This document shows, one piece after another, positions 1 through 12,230 of a stretch of 64,000 nucleotides of DNA. A program made the position numbers and the translations under genes. The stretch is from contig NW_003314379.1 of NCBI RefSeq assembly GCF_000143415.4, positions 406,018 to 470,017 on the forward strand. Reading direction: 5' to 3'. This stretch comes from Selaginella moellendorffii. Lineage: Eukaryota > Plantae > Lycopodiophyta. The first letter of the stretch is position 1; each line of letters starts with the position of its first letter. The notes beneath the pieces were generated by a model. The model saw only the letters and a list, made by a program, of their open reading frames with translations. It was not told where the DNA came from and ran no database searches.

Positions 1-906
1 TCGAGCTTAGATGAGCTACTATTTAAAGATGAATAAGTTATCTACAAGGATGTCGTGTTTGCAGATGAAAAGTTCTATGAAATGGTTTTTTTCTGTGTGA
101 GTACGGTTGAGATGTATTGGGAGGGCGAGGAGGAAGCGGCCGGTCCGCTAAGGCGGCATTACAATGCTCCAGGGCCGCGAGAGCTTGATTCGGGTTGTAG
201 GGAAGCGGCAACGCAGTGTGTCACCCCAGGACGCTCCGCCAGCTCAGGTGAGTGATCGAGCTTGTAATCGTTTTCTTGCAGTGCTGTGATGTCAAACAGC
301 TTAGCTTGTTGTGACTGCCTTGTGTGTGGGAAGCAAACGCGGGAATGAACTTCTTGTCAGTTGCCACCTTGGTTTGGAGTTTGCTCTGTTTTGATTCAAG
401 CAGCTTGATCGATGGTTTGTCTTGTCCAGATACTTGCCTGCAAAGTGGGAAGAAAAACTCGTTCCAGATGTCTTCCAGACACACTTCAGGTTCTTGTTTC
501 ATTTTCTTGTGGGCTTCTTCTGGAATCTCGAGGGATTCCATGCATGTTAAAGATATCTGGCGATTCTCTCGTCCTTGATGAGTATCCTATCAAACAATGC
601 AGTCCTTGCTCCATATCCCCATTGTGGGCATCGCGGCGTTGGTAGAACACGTAGAGACTAAACCGTCATCGCACTGGGGCATCCTAAAGAAGACTTGGCT
701 GTCGTGATGCATGTCTCGCCCCCGAAGAGGCAGTGATCATCATAGCGACTACGGAATCACATAAGAGGCAAGCGACAAATTCCTCGCAGCCAGCGACGCC
801 AAGGAAAAAGAAACGTTGGCTCGTCAAGATGCCCAACCGGGGCATATCCCTGCTCTGCGTATAAAGGGCTGCTTGGATCTGGAGTTAGGGCAAATAGAGC
901 TGGGCT

Positions 907-1908
907 ATGGCGACGACAATCATCCCCGGCCTGGACAGCGATGCCGCTTACCAGTGCCTCCTGCGAGTGTCCCTCTCATCTCATGGGCAGATGCGCAAGA
1001 TGAGCCGAGCGTGGAGGGATCTCGTCTCCAGCGCCAAGTTCTACGATGATCGCGCTGCACAGGGGTTGGACGAGGAATGGCTTGTCGCCACGGTGATCCT
1101 CAGGCAAGAGGACGAGCTTTTGATCATGACGTTCAATCCCAGTAGCTCCAAGAAAGCGTGGATGGTTCTTCCTCCTCCACCGCGGGGCTTCTACGCCACT
1201 GGGGGATTCGATTGCAGGGCCCTCGGCAGCAAGCTCTATCTTCTCGGATTAGGCCAGGGGAAATCACTGAGCGTCTTCGATTCACACACGAATCGATGGA
1301 GCACCGCAGCGCCAATGCTGTGTCCTCGATTCTTCTATGCGTCCGCGGCTATGGAGGGTCAGCTCTACGTCGTTGGTGGCAACCGTGAGCGGCAGGAACA
1401 GGACGCTGAGACATACAATCCGCTGGAGGACCGATGGTATCCCCTCCCGCCATTGCCACCGCATGGGACCATGGCCTTTCGCAACGCTCTCGTCGTGGAT
1501 GGTTACAAGATGGTTATCTTGCGCGCTGGTAATGGAGAGACGCTTGTTTTCTCAGCACAAGATCATTCCTGGGAAGTGGCGGACATGACTAGATTGCGCG
1601 GGTGCTGCTGTATTGTCCATGGCAACCGGATCTACGATGCCAACACGTTGCAGAGATATGACAGTGGCAACAACTCATGGGAGGCACTCCAGCTGACGAA
1701 CGCTTCTTCCAGCGATAGCAAGTCTGTGTTCCGTGGTGTGAGCTGCCAGAAGAACATCTGGGCAGTCAAGGAGGATTGCAAGGTCGTGAAAGTGATCCAA
1801 GTTCCCAATGATGGCAGCCTGGAAGCCAAGGTGATGGCAGTTTATGAGCTCAATGTGCCTTTCAGCAATTTACATCTAATATTCGACCTCGAAGTTCTTC
1901 GAGCTTGA
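907..1908 (+). CDS. F-box/kelch-repeat protein (intronless, 333 aa)
   Basis: N-terminal F-box-like IIPGLDSDAAYQCLLRV...SRAWRDLV; kelch repeats LGSKLYLLG, WSTAAPM..PRFFYASAAMEGQLYVVGG, AETYNPLEDRWYPLPPLP; TATA-like TATAAA near 860. Confidence 0.9.
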   Translation: MATTIIPGLDSDAAYQCLLRVSLSSHGQMRKMSRAWRDLVSSAKFYDDRAAQGLDEEWLVATVILRQEDELLIMTFNPSSSKKAWMVLPPPPRGFYATGGFDCRALGSKLYLLGLGQGKSLSVFDSHTNRWSTAAPMLCPRFFYASAAMEGQLYVVGGNRERQEQDAETYNPLEDRWYPLPPLPPHGTMAFRNALVVDGYKMVILRAGNGETLVFSAQDHSWEVADMTRLRGCCCIVHGNRIYDANTLQRYDSGNNSWEALQLTNASSSDSKSVFRGVSCQKNIWAVKEDCKVVKVIQVPNDGSLEAKVMAVYELNVPFSNLHLIFDLEVLRA

Positions 1909-2141
1909 TGGATCCTGGATTATCTACTAGCTAAAGAAAAGTTTTTTACATGGATCTCCATGTTTTAAAAAGATAGTTTTATTTCATTTAAGGCAGCATT
2001 ACAGTGTGGCAGCTTGTAGGGAAGTAGTAGAGCAGTGTGTTCATGTCACTCCAAGATGCTGATGTGAGTTATTTTTTTGGTGAATTTTGTTTGTTGGAGT
2101 GTTTAAAAGGTAGCTTGTGAGCCCTGTCGGATGTGGGAATT

Positions 2142-2650
2142 GGGGATAGTCTAAAATTGAGTCGAGCTTACAAGTTTGAGCTCAATTCAATTCAAATCAA
2201 TGCAAATAAATATAGTCAATTATAAGTTTTATAAAGAAATTTCATGTCAGAAAAATGTTATCCTTCATGAACTTAAATTTATGAAAATGGTTTGGAGAAA
2301 TTTATATGTTTTGGTACTATTATAGAGAAAAAAAATTTATATAATAAAATACTGACTAAGTAATTTCTAGAATTAAAAGTTAGTCCAAACCCATATACAT
2401 TCACAATATTCTAGTTAAAGAGAATCATTTTCAGCTAAAAAAATGGGAATATTGAAGTTCACTATAAACTTGAAAATTCGTTTTATATATTTTGACATCT
2501 CAATAATTTAACCTTTCAACATTTTGATATTCCAATATTTTGACATTTCAATAATTGACCACCACACATTAAACTAAAAATATAAATAATTTTATAGACT
2601 CATTCATTCATCCATTCTTTAGGGTTTTGCAGAGATAGAAAGCAAGGGAG
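2142..2650. mobile_element. Truncated end of a third, diverged member of the A/B Mutator-like family
   Basis: GGGGATAGTCTAAAATTGAGTCGAGCTTACAAGTTTGAGCTCAATTCAA...AATATAGTCAAT matches the terminus at 22176 and the reverse complement of 55051. No matching second end found; right boundary approximate. Confidence 0.7.
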
Positions 2651-2799
2651 ACAAAAAATTTGTGAATAATTATAATATAAATAAATGTGAAAATATTAAA
2701 TTTTTTTTACTACTAAGATTTCATATTACACTTTTGATCTTTATTACCCACCTAGGAATGTAAAGACCATTATCACTATTAATAAAAATACTTCTATTA

Positions 2800-4162
2800 C
2801 TTTTGAAATAATAGTATGGTAGAAAAAAGAAGAAATGAATCTATTAAAAATAGCCTTATTTACCATTTTAAGGATATATATCTTCATCCGTATTTGACCT
2901 CATATAGTCATCGATTCCAATCTTAAATTTTTGAACACTATCCTTAATCATATAAAGATAATTTTATGACTCCTTTATTATTTAAGAGTTTCTATCATTC
3001 CCATGATCCCAATTATAGTCTACAATTACATTAACTACTTTGCTAAGTAAAATGTTTATATGGATCACATCATCAACTCTCTAAGGGAAACCTTTTTACT
3101 AATCCCAAAATCTTAAAGTCATTTTCTCATTAGCCCCTTTCTATTCACTATATTACTTATATATTCATATATAAACTAAAGTGGAGAGTCATGCCCTCTG
3201 GATATGTTACTTCTCGAGGATAGACCCATTTATCCTTACTTCAACTCTTGTTTGTCGAAATACCTTATCAATGCTTTAGTTACCTTGAACAAGTTTTATA
3301 GTTTTTGGTTCACTTAGTTGCTACACCGTTAATCTAGCTTACTGAACTATGTTTGCAACCACAAAATTATCTAAAGCACTCATATCAATAAAGATTTTAA
3401 CAAAACTACCTCTGAGCTTCTCTCAAAGAGCTAGTAAATGTTGCAAATGACTCTCTAGCAAAGTTGCTTATGTAATGAGTAACTTTGAGCTAAAGATTGC
3501 ATCACGTACCTTAGTTTGGATTTCACCTGATTTAATGACCACATTGACTTTGGCCTTTTTTGGGTAAGGATATTCTCTCAAAAATGTTATGCTTCACCAC
3601 AATTGAAACATATGTTATTTCTTATGCTACTAGTAGACTTAGCCTTTTTATTAGTGGGTTTATTCGTTTTCACTTGAGTCCCCCACATACTTGCTCACTA
3701 GCTATTGGATTTGCATTTTTGAAACCTTAAGGACTCATTCTTAGAGAAACTCTTCTTGAATTTCCCTTTGCCATATATCCCCCTTGGTTTAGCTTCTTTG
3801 CTAAATGTGGACCCTGACCCCGTTATGTTCCTTTTTCACAAGTTATAATTGAAATGCAGCTTAATAGTTGTATCCAATACTTCCTTGTAGTTGGTCGAGT
3901 TCCAACGCATCACTTCGTCTTAAGCCTAATATGAAGGCATGGAATGCATCCATGTTGCTCATATATATGAAAGGGATCCTCTTCACCATGAATACATTCA
4001 CATACTCTTGAATAGTTTTTGTCTACTTCAGCATACTCAACTCATCCTTTAGATGTAGAGTAGCATTTGGAGGAACATAAATTGCACGAATCCTCACTTT
4101 CATCATTTCCCAAGTGGGCTAGTCCTTTATTAGCCTTTGTTGTTCTCCACTAAGACTTAGTA
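2800..4162 (-). mobile_element. Decayed LTR-retrotransposon gag-like remnant, target of element C (probably continues at 17369-17560)
   Basis: Minus strand near 3975-4000 reads IHGEEDPF, resembling a gag FxGxxDP motif; many stops; AT-rich. Boundaries approximate. Confidence 0.35.
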
Positions 4163-4592
4163 AGCTCTATTTCGTTAAAGTGGGAATTGTCATTATCCCA
4201 CTTGTAAAATAAGGTTTCCAAACCTTTATATAGTATATAAATATAACAAAATTCAACTGCATTGAGGCACATGCCATTTTATTTTAAACAAGGAAATGTC
4301 TACTCAATCACTTCTCACTGCTTCACCTCTCTCTTCTCCTTGTCATTGTCGTCCAATTTCTTTCCATCCTTTTAATATTGGCTCAGTTGCTCCGAGTCTA
4401 GGTGGAGCCCAAGTCCCCATTCAATCTTTACTTTCCCCTTATTAATAAAACAACTTCGTAGACTTCCAATAACATGCTGTAACACTTCTAGTATAATGCA
4501 AATCCTCTCAAAGAATTGTCTTTTAATATTAATACAATGGCATGGAACCCCATGCCATAATAAGTTACATTTTTAAATAAATACATGCCATC

Positions 4593-5477
4593 TCAGACTG
4601 TTATTTTTTGCCTCCAACGCCTATACAATAATCTTGGAATTTCATCACTCTCCACACTATCAGGATTTAAACCCAATAGTAATGCCATCTCTTCTCTAAT
4701 ACGTCCACGCTCATGTTCAGTGGTCGAAGAACCCATCCGGTTGAGCAGATTATGGAGATGCGGATAGTGCTTGGCTAGACAATATACATGCCATAAATGA
4801 TGACTGGTGTCTGTCCGATCAAATGGCTTCTGATATACCGTTCCATCTGCCATTTGGTTGATTTCTGCAGCCACCTCCTGGACTAGCCGGTTCTCTATCA
4901 CCATCGCTTCAAGCCGTTTTGCAAGGTCCCCCAGAACATACGGTTTCTTCTCCCTAGTTTCCATACTGCAAGAGATGGGGTGCACTGCATATGTGTGCGT
5001 GTTCGCTGCAGTTTTAATCGGCGAGTCATCGATGATGAGGATTTCACTTGACCTAGCAGTCCGGTTCATCACTACAGCCTCTGCCTTGACGAAGATGGGC
5101 TTGCTACCCCTCACATGGACCATAGTCAAGCAATCCTCCTGCGTTAGGAGAAAGTCAAATGGTAATATTACTCGCGTCTGATCGTGCATCATCTGTAGCA
5201 ATATTAATGCATTGTGGCGCATCATGGATGTCCAAACTCCCAATTGCAAATTGAACCCGGCCCTCTGTTTTAAGTGTCGCATGGTCATTATTAGATCCCG
5301 CAGTTTCTCCCGTGTGATTAATGTGAATCTGTCTCTTTTGACCAACTTGCGACCGCAGGCTTTGGAGGGTGCAGTGACATTCGAGGACGAGCCACGCTCA
5401 TGGGAGAAAAGGACACCGTTCAGATCAAAAACGATACAGTACTTTCGCCGTGACTCTGAAATGAAATGCGTTAGCAT
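4593..5477 (-). CDS. FCP1/SCP-like (NIF) HAD phosphatase-fold domain, cargo of element C
   Basis: KYCIVFDLNGVL (HAD motif I variant), LGVWTSMMRHNA (motif II), KPIFVK, ILIIDDSPIK (motif IV). Confidence 0.75.
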   Translation of the reverse strand: MLTHFISESRRKYCIVFDLNGVLFSHERGSSSNVTAPSKACGRKLVKRDRFTLITREKLRDLIMTMRHLKQRAGFNLQLGVWTSMMRHNALILLQMMHDQTRVILPFDFLLTQEDCLTMVHVRGSKPIFVKAEAVVMNRTARSSEILIIDDSPIKTAANTHTYAVHPISCSMETREKKPYVLGDLAKRLEAMVIENRLVQEVAAEINQMADGTVYQKPFDRTDTSHHLWHVYCLAKHYPHLHNLLNRMGSSTTEHERGRIREEMALLLGLNPDSVESDEIPRLLYRRWRQKITV

Positions 5478-7380
5478 AAAAAATGGTACAAGTTAATTTT
5501 ACCATCTACAATATTAGCGAATGGTGCTCCCGATGGTCGTTCAGAGGGTTTTGGTCGAGGAAACGTGAAGGGTGGAAATACTCTCCTCTGCAATGTGGGG
5601 TCAATCGCATCCGATGGCGTGTGGGCACATGCCATTTCAGCTGTAGACTCTGGTACAACTGGCTCAACAGTGGCATGGGGTGGTTCCGATGGCGTGTGAT
5701 CACACGCCATTTCAGCTGGTGCCTCCGTTGGCAAAGTGGACATGACCGAACAGGCAGCAGGGGCGGTGTAGGGAGGTTCCAACGGCGCGTAGTCAGACGA
5801 TTGGGCACACGTTGGAAATGAGGATACGACCGGCTCGGCGGCTGGGGCGGCCTCATGCGGGTCCAATGGCGCCTGGTCACCGTCAGTTGGATACGTGGAC
5901 AAGATTGACTTAGTGGTATGGGCAGCATCAAGTGGAGCGTGGTCAACTTGCTTGGCGTTGATATGGATAGTAGCCTCCACCAGCTCTGATGACTCTTGCA
6001 GGCAAGTAGAGTCCACTGGCGGATCCATATGCATGTCCAAATATCTCCCTTCGATTGAGATGGTATCCTCCCGTGCTACTAAAAACAAACTCATTAGCAC
6101 ATTGAATCGACTATACTGTATTTACCATCAACTGCTATTGAGGAACTAGGACCGATATCACTTGGGCGCACTGCTGATTCTGAAGGATTGGACATACGTT
6201 TCGACCCTTGCTTGGCACTATCCTTCCTCGACACTAAAGGCTAGAGTTTGTATCTTAATTCAACTGAATAATCTCTACTTACCATTTCTTCTGCGACCTA
6301 CATGGACAATGTTAGAAATGGTAAAAGGTTAGGAATGGATGTACTATTATTTACCTGATGGTTTGTCTTGTATGACCTTCCTCCGCTGCTCTTTGGCCAC
6401 CTCAGGCTGGCCATCATCGTCATCATCGTCATCATCGTTATTGTGATCGTCACCATTGTGAGGACCATCCAAGTCCTCTTCGTCCTCCTCTTCTTCGTCC
6501 TCCTCTTCTTCGTCCTCCTCTTCGTCCTTCTGCTCTTCCTGTTCATTATCTTTCTCTGGCTCCTCATCCCCCTCTTGCATTTCTTCCATAGGTTGCTCAG
6601 GCTAGATTGCTTGTTTTTCCAGGACCATCTTGGAAAAATCATCTGGCCGAGTCTCCATCTCAAAATACAAGACATCCATAGCCTGTTTTAGTGCGTGACC
6701 TAGGACCGTATCCTCACCCGACTGTCTTAACATGGTTTCTGCACGTTCTTGCACCCTTCGAAGACGACGAGATGAGAAAAACGTGGCCCTGACTTGAAAA
6801 GCATCCCTCATCCATTGTACCTCTCCATTGAGATTGGGGAAGGGGAGTCCGCCATAGGAATCTGAGTCAGAAGGTGGTGACTGGCTCCTTTCACTCAGCC
6901 CTTGATCTGCAATGAATGGCATGAGCACACACGCCATAACCGCGAGGCATTACCTATCATCTTTTCGTTGCCCTTCTTCCTTTTCGAATCAAACGCCTCT
7001 GATCCCGACGACTGTCCAACGTGCTTTCGCTTTTTATGACCACTGTCAGTTTGAGCTTGGCTGGTGCTTGCCTGTTTTGCCTTTGAAGAAGTGTCTCCTC
7101 CAAGGAATGGCATGAGACCACACGCCATTGCAAATATAATTTGTACCTCCTTTTTTCCTATTGCTTGTCTGTTTGTCCTTCTTCGACGCGCCACCAGTGC
7201 GCTTTTCAGTCCTCGTGTCTGAATATTCACAACGATCTATAATCAAAATGGCGTGAGGCCTCACGTGACCTTACCTTGTGCAGGTTGTGACCTCGGCCTA
7301 ACATCAGTAGCTGTTAACGCCGTTTCAGCATCTGGGGGTGGCCACGCTCCTGCATACAGAGCTTGTGAGATAACATTTAA
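5471..7380 (-). CDS. Low-complexity exons (Pro/Ala-rich, acidic tract, basic NLS-like) downstream of the ParB-MTase-like ORF, probably the same spliced gene
   Basis: ORFs 5471-6100, 6347-6589 (E/D tract), 6602-6937 and 6895-7230, with short GT-AG introns at e.g. 6907-6953 and 7237-7274. Confidence 0.5.
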
Positions 7381-7382
7381 AC

Positions 7383-10180
7383 TTAAAGTGCGTACTCACC
7401 AGGTTCGTAGAGAAGATACTGTTTTTCTTTGGCAACTGTAATTATATGCTCCATTGAAGTCACCTCTTCAATGGAGTTTGTCACCGCAACACACGGGACA
7501 CCCTTGAGTAGTGCGGCTCGAAAGAATAGTCCGCCGCAGTTGTACTCGACAACGCATTTGCCCTTGGAGTCACCCGCTATTGCGTTGAAGACCCAGCTGA
7601 GCATTTCCCATGCTGCACCTGGAGCTTTCTTTGGATTCAAAAGCTCCATAGCCGTCTTCAGTTCCTCAGGCACGGGTAAATTGACCTCCCTCAGATCAAT
7701 TCGATCGGCTTTGTTGAACGAAGCTGGGAAGTCACTCCAGTCCCACTCTGCTGCAGGACCAATAACAAGGGCGACTGTGAAGATGCGGACATTCGTCGGT
7801 ATCTTCTTCTTAGCCATTATCCCATGGATCTCCCGCATCTCCTTGCCTTTCAACCGAGCCTTCACCTCGTTCAAGGCCTTCCAGAACTTGTGATAGGATT
7901 CGGAGTCGTAGATCATATAGTGGACTGAAGATTCCACCTCCGCAAGTCCCACCATTAAGTCAATGATGGAGCTGACTTCGTCTGCATGAGTGATCTCCTC
8001 GTTTGTGAAGTCCATCACACAAAAGATGTTCTTGACCTGCTCATCTCCGCGGGAAACGATGCTCCTCCACCTTTGATCCTCATCCGAATTCACGTATACC
8101 CGGTAAGGTTCTCGATAGGCCTCTGCTGCGGGGTCGAGCTGTTTCTGAAGCCGGCGGTCGACATCCCTCTTAATGAAATTTGGATACTGATCCAACTTCT
8201 CAGCTTTACTTTTCGTGGCATCCCGCAGCAGATCGATGAACTTGGGGGCCCCCTTCACGTACTCGTCGATGTCTTCATTTGACAAGTCCAGCTCTTCCAT
8301 CATCTCTTGCGTGGTGTCGATGCTCACCCTCGCCACGGCCACTTGCTCGAAGATCCAATCCTTCAATAGCGCACGAGCTCTCAGAGTCGTGCACAAGTCC
8401 TCGTATGGCACAATATGGCCGGGAGTCATTTTGGTCTTGTTGAAGACTACCTCACCAAGTAGAAGAGCATTAGCCACTGTCAGAAGGTCGTCGTCGTCTA
8501 GAGACCGCGAGAAACGCAAGGCGTTGAGCTTCAAATCATTGGGCTTCCGGCCGTCCTCCACACCCATTGAGTTTAGCAACTCCCCGTCATGGTACCTCCT
8601 TAGCACATCTACCCATTTGTCAAAAACAACTTTTGTCGCGAGTAGAATGTTATGGATGCTGAGTGTGTCATTGACCCCCAGTGTTTTCGAGAGAAGACTC
8701 GAGAATTCCTGCAATGGAAATGGCGTGAGGCCATATGCTATGCCACATGCAACGAGGCTTACCTGCCAGGCGCTAGTTGCTAGTGCACGTCCTTGTCTTG
8801 GTTTTTGTGGCTTCTTCAGTTGAACCCAGAGCTTCCGTGTTCGTGCCAATGTCTCGTGCAGACCCGATTTGTAGCACGTTTCTTGCTTGACATTCTGCGC
8901 GTGGGAGATGTATATGATAGATCGGAGGGGCGAGTTGCCTTTTATCAGGCGGACAACTCTTGTCTTGAAGACTTTCTTCACCTCCTCGCCCACCATAATA
9001 TCCACAACTATCTGTTGCATCGCCAAGCTAGAATGCTGCCCGGAGACGGCATAGAACCGGATGTTCTGATCGTCCAACACCTTCCTATTGATCAAGTCTG
9101 GAAACCTCGTCTCGCCCTTCATTGTTCGGTAGTAGGGGATCACGTCTGCGATGTCGGGTGTTACTGGACTTGCCAGCATCTTCTGCTTCAGTTTCTCCAC
9201 CCACTCATCAGATACTAGCCTGTGGTTGTATTTGCTTTGGATCTCGATACGGCTCACGTCGATTGTATATACTTTGTTGGAATAGTAACAAGTACTATTA
9301 TCTGCGACGATTTTTGCTGCCTCTTCTTGCTCTTTCTGCTCTTTGCGGCTCTTCTTTTTGGTGGGTGTAGTGTTCGAACCCGAGGCAATGGCATCACCGA
9401 GTAGCTTCTTTTTTGGAGCAGCAGAGTCGGACGTCGGCTTGAGCTTGACCACCCTTTTCTGCTTCGGGGTAGTTTCCAGATCGACCCCCTTCCCCTTCGC
9501 TTCGCAAACTGGAGGCACTCTCAACGGCTCAATGTTGGAATATAGTTTTTGAACATCGCCGTAGGTGAGGTCCGTGGATTCCATGTGATCTTCATAGACC
9601 CGCAGCGTCTTTGAAATTGTGGGCCTCCTGGACAACCTCTCCCTAGCTCCCTCTAGGAATTCCTGATAGCCGCTGCCCCCCTCCGGGAAGCCGCTAGGAT
9701 GTGCAAGGTGGATCTTGAAGGCGGACGCTGTCTCTACCACAAGTGCCAGTCCATATTCTTGCATGGAACTGCATGGAGTGTCTGTCACTTGGATGAGGAT
9801 CCCCATGCATTCTTTTCTCCCACCATCTGTGTTGTACAGCATCAGATCCTCGCCTTCCATCCCGAAAGTCCAACTGGTGAGCTCCTCCCCCTTCTCTGCA
9901 TCCACATTGACAGTGGCTGGAAGAAGAACGCAATTCCTCGCCTGTTCAAAAATGCACAACAATTAGAGCTGACAGATGAAAAGCTAGCAGCTGGAAATAA
10001 CGTGAGGCCACACGCCATTCACCACTGCATCAGATGTCTTGAGGCTGCATCCTAAGATGGCGTGAGGCTACACGCCATCTGTAACCGGACTGCACTCGAG
10101 AGCCCAATCGGTGCATGCCAATGTTGCTACTGAATGGCATGTGGCCTCATGCCATTTTCTACTTCGTCTAAAAGACTTAC
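7383..10180 (-). CDS. ParB/Srx-like domain fused to a degenerate amino-methyltransferase-like fold (element C cargo, spliced)
   Basis: 859-aa ORF 7383-9962. ParB-like: YTIDVSRIEI..YNHRLVSDEWVEKLKQKM...FYAVSGQHSSLAM. C-terminal KKAPG..EMLSWVF..CVVEYNCGGLFFRAALLKGVPCVAV resembles MTase motifs X-I-II. In-frame 54-bp intron 8709-8762; donor GTGAGT near 7399. 5' exons and start codon uncertain. Confidence 0.65.
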
Positions 10181-10389
10181 CATTTGAAGCCGAATGGAGG
10201 CCGTGACAATCGAGGCCGGACTCGCTGGCGAATGTGCACTGTGTGTGCAGCGGATCGTAGCAGCAAGGCTACTCTGCCACTTACAGTTGGAGAGTGGTGC
10301 TGAAATCTCCCGGGACGCCAAGTGGGCTGCGTGTGGGTGGTGGAGTGGGCGGCGGAGTTGGCGGCGAAGTTACAAACTGGGTGTGTCTT

Positions 10390-10560
10390 GAAGTGGACGC
10401 CGATGCACACGAGCGCGATGCGAGCGCGAGTGTGATGCAAGCGCGAGTGGACGCCGATGCACACGAGAAACCTGTAGAGAAGTGAGCGTGATCGCGAGTG
10501 GGAGCGCGATGCGAGCGGGAGCGCGAGTGTGATGCGAGCGCGAGCGCGAGTACAAAGCAA
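10390..10560. repeat. GCGA/GCGCGA-rich CpG-dense repeats upstream of the ParB-like gene
   Basis: Repeated GCGAGCGCGAGTGTGATGC and GTGGACGCCGATGCACACGAG units; a similar GCGAGCGGC array lies at 12600-12730 upstream of the transposase. Confidence 0.7.
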
Positions 10561-10859
10561 AATGCAAAACCTAACCTCACACGCGCGAAATGTCACAACG
10601 GTTGGTAATCCCGCCACGTCATCATTCCTCGGACTTGGGCGCCACCATTAATTTCTGGATTGCCGCGCGCATGCAAGCACGCAAAATCCAAAAGAAATCC
10701 GCAACGTCATCATTCCTCGGACTGCATGCACGCGAAATCCAAAAGAAAGATCATGATTGGGATATCATTTAATACCCTCGCTATATTTATACCATGCATG
10801 ATTGGATATTCCAAAGCATCTTGTATTTCCAAAAATGGCAGATGTTCAGCTAAATAAAG

Positions 10860-12230
10860 AAATTCTATCTGTTTCTATTTTTCTCTCAAATCAATATTAT
10901 AGCGTGTGGGCTCATGCAATTTTGAACCAAAGAAACCCAAAAAACGTTGGACCCAAAATATTTTGAAAAAACCCAAAAAACCCTAAACATTTTAAACCCA
11001 AAAATCCAGGCGTCCTGTGGCGTTATTCCTTGAATGGCGTGTGGGCGCATGCCATTTTCAGGGCCAAATGCTGAATGGAGAAAAATTCCCTTTCAGTGCA
11101 AATGCTGCAAGAGGCAGATGCCGAGCACAAAGGACTGTAACTACCTCACATGACACAGATAAATTTTTCTCTATTTGGCAAAGATAAACTTTATAGCGTG
11201 TGGGCTCATGCAATTTTGAACCCAAAAAATGCACCAAAAAATTCTCGGCGTCATCTGGCATTATCTCTTGAATGGCGTGGGGCCGCATGCCATTTTCAGG
11301 GGCACATAGGAGTATATTCCTAGGATATTCTGACACGCGCGAGATTTTTTTGAGTTTTCTGGAGATCCAACCGTTAGATCGCAACTAGATTTTACAGAAT
11401 GGTATACAATGTCTTTCTTGATGACCCTGCAAAGAAGCATCTCAATCGGACACCACATGAGACCACACGAGCCTTACAATGTTTCAGGGGCATTTGCCAT
11501 AGATCCGACCGTTATTTTGCTCCAAGATTTCACAGTTTGGTGTGCATTGACCTTTCCATCGAAACTGCAAAGGGACATCACAATCAGATCCGGGATCACA
11601 AGAAACTAACTTCACTAACTCTGGTTTCACCAAGATCTACGTAAGGAGTTATGAAATGAAAGGACCCTCTCTATTGAAATGTGTTTATGGTCCTAGGGGC
11701 ATTGTGACATATCAAAGGATTTTGCATCAAGTTCTGTATTTGCATGTTTATCAAGCTACTGAATTGCTAAACCCTAAACCCTAAACCCTAAACCCTAAAC
11801 ATGTGGCAAATGCTGCGTGAAGAAAGATGCCCTTTCTGGGCAAATGCTGTAAGAGGCAGATGCCGAGCAGATGTATCTCAGGCTAGCGAAGGGGACGAAC
11901 GAAAGCTAGCTATAAACATGACGGGATGCAAATAGATTACTAGGCTGGTCCTACGAAAATCAAAAACCATAATTGAAAACATTGAAAATGCAAAAAGAAA
12001 GGTTTATAATATTTTTGAATTTTAGGCAACCAAAGGAATGTAAGTAGGGCATGTGTTTGTAAGTTTAAAAATGCCTCAACCACTTAAATTCCCAAGTAAA
12101 TAAAGCTGTTTCTATTTTTGGTACAGGTAAACTTTATAGCGTGTGGGTTCATGCAATTTTGAACCCAAAAATGCACCAAAAAATGCTCGACTAGCATTAT
12201 TCTTTGAATGGCGTGTGGCCTTATATTGCC
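10860..12230. repeat. Three related direct-repeat blocks in the divergent intergenic region of element C
   Basis: TATAGCGTGTGGG(C/T)TCATGCAATTTTGAACC...TTGAATGGCGTG at ~10898, ~11192 and ~12135; GCAAATGCTG(C/T)AAGAGGCAGATGCCGAGCA at ~11098 and ~11839. Confidence 0.8.
11767..11800. repeat. Interstitial plant telomeric repeat (CCCTAAA)n / telo-box array
   Basis: CTAAACCCTAAACCCTAAACCCTAAACCCTAAAC. Confidence 0.9.

Noticed and set aside
221-541. 106-aa minus-strand ORF
   Set aside because: Could be an exon fragment, but no recognisable motif or gene model.
7383-9962. Bacterial or phage contamination as the source of the ParB/MTase motifs
   Set aside because: The genes have spliceosomal introns and NLS-like motifs and lie inside TSD-bounded plant transposons.
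11767-11800. True telomere or chromosome-fusion scar
   Set aside because: Fewer than five units, internal to a transposon; better read as a telo-box array.
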